Source of the DNA: an uncultured Chloroflexia bacterium
GTDB taxonomy: Bacteria > Chloroflexota > Limnocylindria > Limnocylindrales > CSP1-4
Assembly: GCA_963827965.1 (NCBI GenBank)
Contig: CAWHCW010000018.1
Span: forward strand, 120,454 to 184,453
DNA: 64,000 nt
Direction: 5' to 3'
Shown here: positions 54,760-64,000 of the stretch, in pieces
Layout: each line of letters opens with the position of its first letter
Position numbering within the stretch: the stretch's first letter is position 1
Translations under genes and position numbers: made by a program
Notes under the pieces: generated by a model
Database searches by the model: none
Told to the model about the DNA's origin: nothing
The model's input: the letters and a program-made list of their open reading frames with translations, nothing else

Positions 54760-55818
54760 TCAGGGCGCGACGATGATCTTGATCGCCCCGCTCGCGGGGT
54801 CGTTGAACGTGGCGATCGCCTGCTCGTAGTCGGCCAGCGCGAAGCGATGGGTCATGACCTCGCGGACGCGCATCCGGCCCTGCTCGACGAGCGGCATGAC
54901 GCGGCGCATCTCGCCCGCCGTCGCGCGGGAGCCGACCAGCTCGAGCTCGTCGAGGACGAGCCGCTGCATCGCGATCTCGACGCCCAGGGTCGGGATCCCG
55001 ACGGCGGCGCAGCGGCCGCCGCGGCGGAGCATGCCGAGCGCCCACTGGACGGTGACCGGGACGCCGGCGCACTCGAGGACGACGTCGGCGCCGAAGCCGC
55101 CGGTCATCGTCGCGCACGGTGGCGACCGGGTCGCCGTCGCCCGCGTCGACCGTCTCGAAGCCCATCGCGGCGGCCTTCGCCAGGCGGCCCGGGTTGCGCT
55201 CGACGAGGATCACGCGCGCCGCGCCCCGGATCCGGGCCGCGTCGCCGCCGAGGAGGCCGATCGCGCCGGCGCCGGTGATCGCGACCGTGTCGCCCGGGGC
55301 GACCTTGCCGCGGTTGGCGACGTGGAGGGCGATCGAGGCCGGGTCGATGACCGCGCCCTCGTCGAAGGAGAGGCCGTCGGGCAGCGGGAAGATCGTCTTG
55401 ACGCCCTGCACGACGTACGTCGCGTCGGCGCCCTGGACGTTGTGGCCGTACTGCTTGTGGAGGCCCGGCTTGCCGTAGTTCTCGCACAGGTTGTAGCGGC
55501 CCTCGACGCACTTCTGGCAGACGCCGCAGGCGTCGTGCGAGGTGCCGGCCACCCGGTCGCCGACCTTCCAGCCGTAGCGCTCGGCGCCCGGCCCGAGCGC
55601 CACGATCTCGCCGGCCCACTCGTGGCCCGGGATGAACGGGAAGGCCGGCGGCCAGAAGCCCGGGTAGTCGCCGCGGATCAGGTGGGCGTCCGTGCCGCAG
55701 ATCGAGACCGCGCGAACCCGCGCCAGCACCTCGTTCGGGCCCGGCACCGGGACCGGGACCTCCGGATCTCGATCCGGTTCGGCTCGAGGACGACGAGCGC
55801 CTGCATGGTCTCGGACAC
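54760..55818 (-). pseudogene. zinc-dependent alcohol/polyol dehydrogenase, copy 2 (inverted paralogue of 50632-51688); two frame breaks
   Basis: The GTG at 55818 follows GGAGG. The first 39 nt are identical to copy 1. Motifs are GHEWAGEI and CGVCQKCVEGRYNLC. Breaks lie near 55760-55765 (looks like GGG shortened to GG) and near 55108-55112 (extra base). Confidence 0.85.
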
Positions 55819-55839
55819 GGGACGGCCTCCTTCGGGGGA

Positions 55840-56732
55840 TCAGATGACGGCGACGGGGTCGACCATCGACCCGGTGGCGCCGCGGATCTTCACGGGCAGG
55901 GCGACGAAGAGGAACTCGTAGATGCGCTGGCGCGCCAGCTCCTCGAGGTCGAGGCTCTCCATGATGTAGACGCCGTTCTCGATGAGGAGCGGCGGTGTGG
56001 ACGGGCTGCGGGTTGCCGGTCGGCCCCGGGTCGGGGGCCGGCTGGACCTCGTAGGTCTCGGTGTCGGTGCCGGTCGCGACGACGCCGCGCTCCAGGAGCC
56101 AGCGGGCCGCGGAGATGTCGGGTCCCGGCGTCTTGTGGGCCGCCATCCTCTCGGCGTCGGGCCAGAGGCCCATGTAGCCGGTCCGGATGACGACCACGTC
56201 CCAGGGCTGGACCGTGACGCCCTGGGCGGCGCAGATCGCGTCCATCTCGGCGGCGTCGATCGGCGAGCCCTTGGGCAGGCAGTCCACGCCGCGGAAGGCC
56301 GGGGACGTCGAGGAGCACGCCGCGGGTGAAGAACGGCGGCATCTTGGAGGCGTCGCCGTGGATCGGGCCGAAGTCGGTCAGGTGCTCGTCGGCGTTGCCG
56401 CCGCCGTACCAGTGCATGTCGTCGTCGACGGTCATGTGGGCGAGGGCGTCCATGTGGGCGCCGGAGTGCGAGGTCGCCATGACGTACTCGGCCATGTAGC
56501 CGAGGCCGGCGTCGTTGATCGGGCCCCACGGCTGGGCGCCGGTCACCCGGATGCCGCGCGGCGTGCGGTAGTTGAGGACCTGGAACGGCGGGTGGCCGGG
56601 GAAGAGCGGCATGCCCGGGAAGCGGACGGCCGCCAGCGAGACCATCCGGCCCTCGCGGACGAGGCCGGCGGCCCTCACGACCTGCTCCGGCGGCAGCCCG
56701 CCGATCGGGCCGATGTCGGACGGAATCGTCAT
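55840..56732 (-). pseudogene. cyclase-family protein (arylformamidase-like); two frame breaks
   Basis: The product starts MTIPSD... with SHSGAHMDALAH (HxGxHxDxxxH type). It continues in ORF 54701..56287 (WDVVVIRTGY) and ORF 55840..56529 (LLIENGVYIMESLDLEEL). Confidence 0.75.
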
Positions 56733-56751
56733 CCCGCGGCCTCCTGGCGGC

Positions 56752-59003
56752 TCATGGCGTCGGCCGCTCCCGGAGCGCGCGCCAGACCCGCTCCGGCGTG
56801 AGCGGCAGGTCGCGGATCGCGACGCCGGTCGCGTCGCGGACGGCGGCGGCGACGGCCGGCGCGACGCACAGCAGCGCGCCCTCGCTCATCCCCTTCGAGC
56901 CGTACGGGCCCGGCCCGTCCTCGTTCTCGACGATGGCGCTGTGCAGCTCGAGCGGGAGGTCCATGCTCGTCGGGATCCGGTAGTCGATCGCGCCGAGGTT
57001 CCGGATCCGGCCCCTCTCGTCGTAGATGTAGTGCTCCATGAGCGTGTGGCCGAGGCCCTGGATCGCGGCGCCCTCGTCCTGCATCGCGGACCTGGAGCGG
57101 GTTGAGGGCCTTCCCGACGTCGGACACGGTCACGTGGCGGACGATCGTGATGTCGCCGGTCTCCTCGTCGACCGTCGGCCTCGATGGCCGTGCAGTTGAA
57201 CTCGAAGAAGGCCGGCGCTGCCGCCGAGCGGGTGGTCGGGCTCGGCGTCCTTGCGGACCTCGCCGTTGCCGATCAGCTCGCCGCCCAGCCGGCCGAGGCC
57301 GGGCTTCAGCACGTCGAGGACGGACAGCTCGCGGTCGGGCAGGCGGACGACGCCGCCGTCGACGCTGATCTGCGCCTCGTCGAGCGCCGTGGAGCCGGGC
57401 GGCCATCGCCCGCAGCTGCGCCTGGATCGCGCGGCACGCCGCAGCACCGCGTTGCCCATCAGGACGGTCGAGCGGCTGGCCGACGTCTGCTGGTCGTACG
57501 GGACGATCGCCGTGTCGCCCATGACGACCGTGACCCAGTCGAGCGGCGCGCCGAGCTCCTGCGCCGCGATCTGGGCGAAGACCGTCCGGGCGCCCTGGCC
57601 CATGTCCGACGTGCCGGCGAAGACGATGACGCTGCCGTCGGCGAGGAGCCGGACGGTCGAGTAGGACAGGCCGGTCGTCGGGCCGGACTTGATGCCGAGG
57701 GCGATCCCGCGGCCGTGGCCCGGCGGCAGCGGCGTGCCCCACCCGATCAGCTCGGCCGCCCGGCGGACGGTCTGCTCCCAGTCGCCGTCGGCAGGCGTGT
57801 CGAACGGGATGAAGGCCTCGCCCTTCCGGGCCAGGTTGCGCAGCCGGATCTCGAGGCGGTCGATCCCGAGCGCCCGGGCGGCCTCGTCGAGGTTCGACTC
57901 CACCGCCCAGTTGACCTGCGGGTTGCCGAAGCCGCGGAACGCCGTGGACGGCACCGTGTGGGACAGGACGCTCCGGGCGAGGATCCGGACGGCCGGCACG
58001 TCGGTACGGGCCCGGCGGCCGGGTAGCTGCCCTTGCCGACGACGCGGTCGGCGATGTCGGCGTAGGCCCCGATGAGGTAGTCGGCCGCGATGTCCTCGAA
58101 GGCGAGCGTGCCGTCGCGGTTGACGCCGGTCCGGACGCGGACCTCGCACGACGCGCGGCGGACCGCCTGGAACGTCTCCTCGAGGGTCAGGACGAGGCGC
58201 ACCGGCCGCCCGGCCCGCAGGGCCATGAACGCGACGAGCGGCTCGTACTTGGTGTGCTGCTTGCCGCCGAACCCGCCGCCCGGATCCGGGGCGAAGACGC
58301 GCACCTTCGAGAGCGGCAGGCCGAGGACCTTCGCGATCATCTTCTGGAGCCAGTTGGGGTGCTGGATCGTGCTCCAGACGGCGATCCCGTCGCCGTCCGG
58401 CGCGGCCATGAACGCGTGCGGCTCGATGGCGAAGTGGGTGACCATCGGGAAGGTGTAGCGTGTTCTCGACGACGAGGTCGGCCGTCGCGGCGTCGACGTC
58501 GCCCCAGCCGAAGCGGTGCTCGCGGAGGACGTTGGTCGTCGCGAGCGGATCGTTCGGGCGGAGCGCCGGATCCTGGACGAGCGGCGACGCCGGGTCGAGG
58601 GCCGCCGCCAGGGTGAAGACGGCGGGCAGCTCCTCGTACTCGACCCGGACGAGGCGGGCGGCCTCCTCGGCCGCGTCCTTCGTCTCGGCGGCGACGATCG
58701 CGACGGGCTCGCCGTGGTACTTCGTCTCGCCGACGGCGAGGACCGGCCGGTCCGCGAACTGCGGACCGAAGCGCGGGACCGGCTGCGGCAGGTCGGCCGC
58801 GGTCATGACGAGGCGGACGCCGGGGAGCGCGAGCGCCGCGCTCGCGTCGATCGCGATGATCCGGGCCCGCGCGCAGTCGAGCGTGACGAGCTTGGCCTCG
58901 AGGACGTCCGGCAGCTGGATGTCGGCCACGTACTCGGTGAGGCCGGTGACCCGGCCGACGCCGCCGACGCGGTTGGGCGAGCCGCCGATTCGCTCCGCTC
59001 TCA
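56752..59003 (-). pseudogene. molybdopterin-dependent hydroxylase large subunit (xanthine dehydrogenase/CoxL family); several frame breaks
   Basis: The ATG at 59003 overlaps the small-subunit stop. Motifs are GRVTGLTEYVADI, YHGEPVAIVAAET, DPGGGFGGKQH (ORF 57747..58445) and FRGFGNPQ. The C-terminus is GSKGMSEGALL (ORF 56752..57084). Confidence 0.85.
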
Positions 59004-59476
59004 TCGCTCGGCCCCCTCGGCGGCCGCGAGGACCGCCTCGGTGATCTGCTCGTAGCAGCCGCAGCGGCAGAGGTTGCCGGCCAGGCCCTCCTGGATCTCG
59101 GGCGACGGTGGGATGCGGGTTCCCGGCCAGGAGGGCGTGAGCCGCCACGAGCTGGCCGGGGATGCAGAAGCCGCACTGGACGGCGCCCTTGTCGAGGAAC
59201 GCCTGCTGGAGCGGGCTGAGGCGTCCCGTCGACGGCCAGCCCCTCGACCGTCGTGATGTCGGCGCCGTCGGCCTCGACCGCGAGCACCAGGCAGGAGTCG
59301 ACGGTCCGCCCGTCGACGATGACGGTGCAGGCGCCGCACTCGCCGACGAGGCAGCACTCCTTCGTGCCGGTGAGCCCGAGGTCGTCGCGCAGGACGTCGA
59401 GCAGGGTGTGGTGGGGGGCCACCTCGAGGGCGCGCCGGCGCCCGTTGACGGTGAGCTCGATCGGAATCGCGTTCAT
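59001..59476 (-). pseudogene. [2Fe-2S]-binding small subunit (CoxS family); frame breaks
   Basis: The product starts MNAIPIELTVNG. Motifs are GTKECCLVGECGACTV, CGFCIPG and NLCRCGCYEQI, spread across two or three frames. Confidence 0.85.
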
Positions 59477-59480
59477 CTCG

Positions 59481-60349
59481 TCACTCCCCCGCTGCCAGCC
59501 GCTCGATCGCGATCCGCAGCGCGCGCGGCGCCGAGGACGCGGCAGCATCGCCAGGCGGTACTCGGGGCTCGCCCGCATCGAGCGCGGCGACGGGCTGGCG
59601 TCCGCGAACATCTGCTCGAGGATCGCGGCCTTCGCGTCGTCCGGGGCGGCGGGATCGGCGAGGACGCCGCTCTCGTCGACGACGAGGACGGGCCGCGGGC
59701 CGACGCTGCCGTAGGCCAGCCGCGTCACCCCGGCCTCGTCCACGCCGCAGCACAGGGTGACCGACGCGAGGTCGTGGCCGCGGCGCCGCGTGCGGCGCAC
59801 GTGGACCGCGCCCATCCGCCGCGCCGGCACGGGCAGCTCGATCGCGCGTGACGAGCTCGCCGGGCGCCAGGGTCGTGACGCCGGAGCGGACGAAGAAGTC
59901 GTCGACCGGGATGCGCCGGAGCCCGGCGGGCCCCGCGGCCACGACCTCCGCCCCGTACACGAGGAGCGGCGGGGCGGTGTCGGCGGCCGGCGACGCGTTG
60001 CAGACGTTGCCGGCGAGCGTCGCCCGGTTCCGGATCTGGACCGAGCCGACGACCGCCGCGGCCTCGACGAGGGCCGGGAAGTAGCGCGCCACGAGCGGGT
60101 TCGACGGCGACGTCGGTCATGACCGTTCGCGGCGCCGATCGTGACCATCCCGCCGTCCTCGCGGATCGCGGGCCGCAGCTCGGCGATCCGCTTGAGGTCG
60201 ACCACGACGGCCGGGGTGAGCGTCCCGTCGCGGAGCCGGATGATCAGGTCGGTGCCGCCGGCCAGGACGCGCGCGTCCGGTCCGTGCGCCTCGAGCAGGG
60301 CGACGGCCTCGGCCAGCGTCGCCGGCCGCGCGTAGGCGAAGGTGTGCAT
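59481..60349 (-). pseudogene. FAD-binding medium subunit (CoxM family); frame breaks
   Basis: The product starts MHTFAYARPATLAEAVALL with VLAGGTDLIIRL. It continues with IRNRATLAGNVCNASPAADT (ORF 59481..60092). The CO dehydrogenase flavoprotein-type C-terminus is in a third frame. Confidence 0.8.
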
Positions 60350-60364
60350 CGCTCCTGCCCCGGG

Positions 60365-61256
60365 TCAGAGGATCTTGTCCACCTCGTCCAGGAGGACCTG
60401 GGGGGTGGCCGCGCGGATGAAGTAGAAGGGACGCTCGCAGAAGCGGGCCACGAAGGCGGCGCGCTTCCCGCGGAGCTCGTCGTTGTCGACGCATCGGCAT
60501 CGACGTGGCCGGGCGCGAGGAGCTCGTTGGAGCAGGAAGTAGTTCTGGAGCGAGTGGAGGAACTGGAACTGGCGCTCGAACGGGATCATCTCGTCCGTCG
60601 CAGGGTCGAAGTTGCCGTCGATCGCCGGGACGATGACGAGTCGATGTTCGGCGTGCCCTCGTACATGCCCCAGGTCGGCATCTCGCCGAAGAACTTCTCG
60701 ACGCCCCGCTCGGGCGCGGCCTTGTCGGCCCGCTCGGTGCCCTCGGTGCGCTTCTTGAGGAACGGTCGACTCGAGCCCATGACCGCCCGGCCGTCCTCGT
60801 CGATGACGGTCGTCTCGGTCGAGACCAGCAGGGCGCCGCGCCGGCAGGCCTCGATCTGGCCCATCGACTTGCCGTGGTTGGACTCGCCGCCGAGGAAGAG
60901 GATGGTCCGGCCGCGGTAGCGGACGGCGAGCGCGTGGAACGGATGCAGCCCGACGGCCTCCATCCGCAGCGCGAGCATCGGCGACGATCACCTTCTGGAT
61001 CGGGCCGGCCGGCCAGTCGCCGGTGAACGTGACGACCCGTCCGTCGTAGGAGACCGCACTTCTCGCCGTCCTGGCTCCAGACGATGTCGGGCTCGGCCAG
61101 CGTCACCTCGGGCGAGATGCGGACGTCGGCGAGCCGGTAGTTGAGGAAGCTCAGGTCGTCGAGGACGTGCTCGCGCGGCTCGCTGCCGTAGACGTCCACC
61201 CGCAGGCGGGCGGTCCCGGCCGACATCTCCTCGGACAGTTGCAGCTGGTCGTTCAT
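60365..61256 (-). pseudogene. P-loop (GGESNHGKS) protein of unknown function; several frame breaks
   Basis: The product starts MNDQLQLSEEMSAG at 61256. It continues with MLALRMEAVGLHPFHALAVRYRGRTILFLGGESNHGKSMGQIE (ORF 60586..60978) and a C-terminus ...FYFIRAATPQVLLDEVDKIL (ORF 60365..60991). Confidence 0.55.
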
Positions 61257-62058
61257 CGTGTCCTTTCGCGGGCTCGGCGGTGGTCGGTCAGGCGGTGCGC
61301 TCCGCCAGGGCCGACGGCAGGCCCGCCTCGCGGCGAGCCCGGCTGCTGACCCCAGGGCGGGAGGCGCCGGCGACGGCGCGTCGTCGACCGCCGGCGAGCC
61401 GGGCGCAGCCCAGAGGCTGGCCAGCATCGCCGCGGCGTCGGCGAAGTGGTCATGGAGGACCGCGGCCGCCACCTCCGGGTCGCGCCGCCGGAGGGCGGCG
61501 AGGATCGGGGCGTGCAGGTCGGCGATCCGACGCCGGTCGACGCCCGGCACGACGATCGTGATGTAGGTCCGCGAGAAGGGCTCGAGCGTCCGCCAGACCC
61601 GCTCCAGGGTGGCGTTGCCGGCGAGCTCGACGATCCGGCCGTGGAAGGCGGCGTCCGCCGTCGCCTCGGCGTAGTAGTCGCCGTCCTCGGCGGCCCGCTG
61701 CATCTCGTCCACGTAGCCGGCGAGCTCCGCGAGGTCCGTCGTCGGTCAGGCGGGGGATGGCCAGGCGGGCGCCGAGCGACTCCAGCTCGGCCCGGATCGC
61801 GAAGGCCTCCAGGAGCTCGTCCGCCGACGGGCGGCGGACGCGCGCTCCCCGGAAGGCGGCGGTCTCCACGACCCCGAGGGCCTCGAGGTCGCGCAGCGCC
61901 TCCCGGACCGGTGCCTGGCTCGTCCCGAGCTCCCGGGCGACCCGGGTCTCGACGATCCTGGCGCCCGGCGGGTAGCGACCGTCAAGGATCGCCTGGAGCA
62001 GGCGATCCTTGACCTGGTCGCTCAGGACGCTGCGCGAGATCGCGGCATCGCGAGTCAT
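61253..62058 (-). pseudogene. GntR-family (FadR/FCD-type) transcriptional regulator; at least one frame break; 3' end tentative
   Basis: The ATG is at 62058. The wHTH reads ETRVARELGTSQAPVREALRDLEALGVV. The FCD-like helices (FHGRIVELAGNATLERVWRTLEPF) are one frame over, in ORF 60117..61712. A stop at 61253 would give an ATGA overlap with the next gene. Confidence 0.7.
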
Positions 62059-62069
62059 GGAGGCCTCGG

Positions 62070-63854
62070 TCAGTCCTTCATCCCGACCGGGGCAGCACTC
62101 GGCGCGGCGGCGAGGATCTCGACCTCGCCGGTCGTGCCGTTGATGCGGATCCGATCGCCGTTCTTGATCTGCTCGGTCGCCACGGACGTCCCGACGACGG
62201 CCGGGATGCCGAACTCGCGGGAGAGGACGGCCGGGTGCGACACCGTGCCGCCGGCGTCGGTCACGAGACCGACGATCTTGGTGAAGAGGACGACCCAGGC
62301 CGGGTTCGTCATCTGGCAGACGAGGATGTCGCCGGCGCGGACGTCGTCGAACTGGTCCTCGCGGAGGACGACCCGGGCGATGCCCTCGACGACGCCCGGC
62401 GAGGCGCCGATGCCCGTTGATCTGGCCGGCGACGCGCGACTCCTTGCGGTAGAACTTGTCGGGGAAGCCCCACAGGTTCAGGTACGGGAAGGCGAGCTGG
62501 GTGGCCGTGCACGGTCCCGACCCACTCCTTCGGCCGGAACGTGTAGGCCTTCTCGCGCGCGGCCTTGCGCCTTCGCCACGATGCGCGCGGCCGTCCATCG
62601 CCGGCCGGGTTGCCCATGAAGACGCGCAGCTCGTTGTAGCGGAAGAAGACGACGTCGTCCGGGGCGTCGAGGGCGCCCGCCGCGACGAGCTTGCGGCCGA
62701 TCGCGAGGAGCACCAGGCGGACGTGGGCGTTGGCGCCCTGGTCGATGTAGAAGTGGTGGTCCGGGGTGAGCGGGGCCATCCGGAGGTTGATCTCGTTGGC
62801 CGCCCGCATCTCCTCGAGCGCCTCGCCCTCGAGGCCCTCGAGGATCTCCTTCGCCGCGGCGTCGATGTCGGCGGCCAGCGCGCCGATCGTCTTCGGGTAG
62901 TCGTAGTTGGTCTCGATGTAGCCGCGGACGAGCTCGATGACCGGCTCCATCTCCTCGACGCACGTTCGGGAAGATGAACTCGTGGCTCCAGACCGCGTGC
63001 CAGCCGTACTCCTTCTGGTACGGCACGACCCGCTCGTCGATGAAGCGCCGGCCGCGCTCGCTCGCCTTGAGGGCGCCGATGATCTCGTCGGCCGTGTCGG
63101 CCCGGAAGATCGGCGGCCAGCTCGGGGTCGGCCTTCGCCTCCTCCTTCATCTTCCAGAGGGCCTCGATCGAGTCCCAGTTGCGGTCCCTGGCCGAGTTCT
63201 GGAGGCGGCCGAGGAGCTCCTCGTCGATCTTGCCGTGGGTCTTCTCCATGACCGCCCGCAGGTTGAGCGTCGCGGACAGCTGGGCGAAGTTGAGCATCCA
63301 GTGGATCTTCCAGTGGCGATCGTGGATGTCGATCGCGTCCTCGAGCAGGCAGGCCAGCTCCATCAGGTTGAGCTCGTCCTGCTTGTCGAGCATCCCCTCG
63401 AGGTAGGCGAAGTTGCGGTCCATCTCGGGGACGAGGCGATCGCGCCACCAGTTCACGAACTGGAGCCCGTAGGTCGGCAGGACGGCGCCGAGGTACGGTG
63501 CCGATCTTGGCCGCGTACTCGGGGTCCTCGCGGCACGACCGGGCTGGTCGCGAAGCTGTACTCCTGCGCGTCGACCTTGAGGCCCGGCCTCGGCCGGGAT
63601 CGCCGCCGTGTAGAGGTAGCCGTTGACGTTCTTGGCGATCCAGTCGGTCGCGAACGGCGTGCCGAAGCGCCGGAACATGTGGTCGCAGCTCAGCCACCAG
63701 CCGCCGATGTCCTCGTACATCGGGCTCAGCGGGTGCGGGCAATGCAGGTCGTCGTAGACCCAGAAGAGGCAGCTTCTCGGTCTCCGACGTCCAGCTGATC
63801 GGGAACTTCTCGTCCCCGAGGAACTGGCCCGAGGACTTCTTCCTTGAGAGCCAC
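62070..63854 (-). pseudogene. PEP-utilising-enzyme family protein with C-terminal swivel-His domain (phenylphosphate-synthase PpsA-like architecture); many frame breaks
   Basis: The GTG at 63854 lies 6 nt after GGAGG. The N-terminal region is FPISWTSETEKL..FWVYDDLHCPHPLSPMYEDIGGWW. The C-terminal mobile domain is TDAGGTVSHPAVLSREFGIPAVVGT (ORF 62070..62312). Confidence 0.7.
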
Positions 63855-63904
63855 CGTGTGCCTCCAGCGTGCGTGCGTGGGGTCGCCCGGAGCGACCGTT
63901 TCCT

Positions 63905-64000
63905 AGCTCGCGGCCGCCGCGCGGGCGATCCGCTTGAAGCGCCGCATGTTCTCCGTGATCGCGACCTCCGTCGGGAGGCGCTCCATGCTCGAAGCGCCGA
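63905..64000 (-). CDS. 3' end of an unidentified CDS (partial, continues beyond the window)
   Basis: The minus-strand reading ...SMERLPTEVAITENMRRFKRIARAAAAS ends at the TAG at 63905-63907. The fragment is too short to name. Confidence 0.3.

Noticed and set aside
55925-55940. A match of about 12 nt (ctggcgcgccag) to the tRNA-Gln acceptor end could be an att-site repeat.
   Set aside because: The 12-mer is itself a GC palindrome inside the cyclase coding sequence, it is too short, and it is 33 kb away. This is most likely chance.

Overview
This is a high-GC (roughly 70% or more) bacterial chromosomal window. The taxon cannot be assigned from the sequence alone. Stop codons are rare, so most long ORFs in the track are shadows of real genes, and I called genes from protein motifs.

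Layout:
- (1) 1-10.4 kb holds housekeeping genes: ppc, mutY, a LysM lipoprotein, a Sir2 deacetylase, an aldehyde dehydrogenase, an ACT protein, an MBL hydrolase and a class-V aminotransferase.
- (2) 10.5-20.2 kb is a minus-strand N-acetylglucosamine/chitobiose operon: ROK regulator, ABC uptake, GH3 hexosaminidase, NagA, SIS protein and ROK kinase. A 23-bp palindromic operator candidate sits upstream.
- (3) glnS is followed by tRNA-Gln(CUG) at 22207-22281.
- (4) About 20 kb of accessory DNA lies downstream of the tRNA. It includes a 17.4-kb minus-strand run of nine genes (24703-42103): eight signal-peptide proteins and one His-rich membrane protein. The products are a secreted protein with a His/Cys motif pair, the His-rich membrane protein, a ~1850-aa SdrD-like/beta-helix protein, three tandem cupredoxin (multicopper-oxidase-like) proteins, a small anchored protein and an S8 protease. 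Two NarL-type two-component systems follow.
- (5) 46-48.6 kb carries a cold-shock protein and cinA.
- (6) 48.8-64 kb is a catabolic cluster. It has two different His-swivel phosphotransferases (PPDK-N-like and PpsA-like), a CoxLSM-type molybdenum hydroxylase, a cyclase, SDRs, an inverted pair of Zn-ADH paralogues, a P-loop protein and a GntR regulator.

Caveat: many genes are interrupted by single-base frame breaks. Nearly all of these are +1, and they cluster strongly by gene. I label such genes 'pseudogene' as assembled, but I suspect sequence error rather than decay.

Best candidate for new biology: two adjacent secreted cupredoxin proteins each carry complementary halves of the multicopper-oxidase ligand set, which suggests a split, heteromeric oxidase inside the secreted-protein operon.
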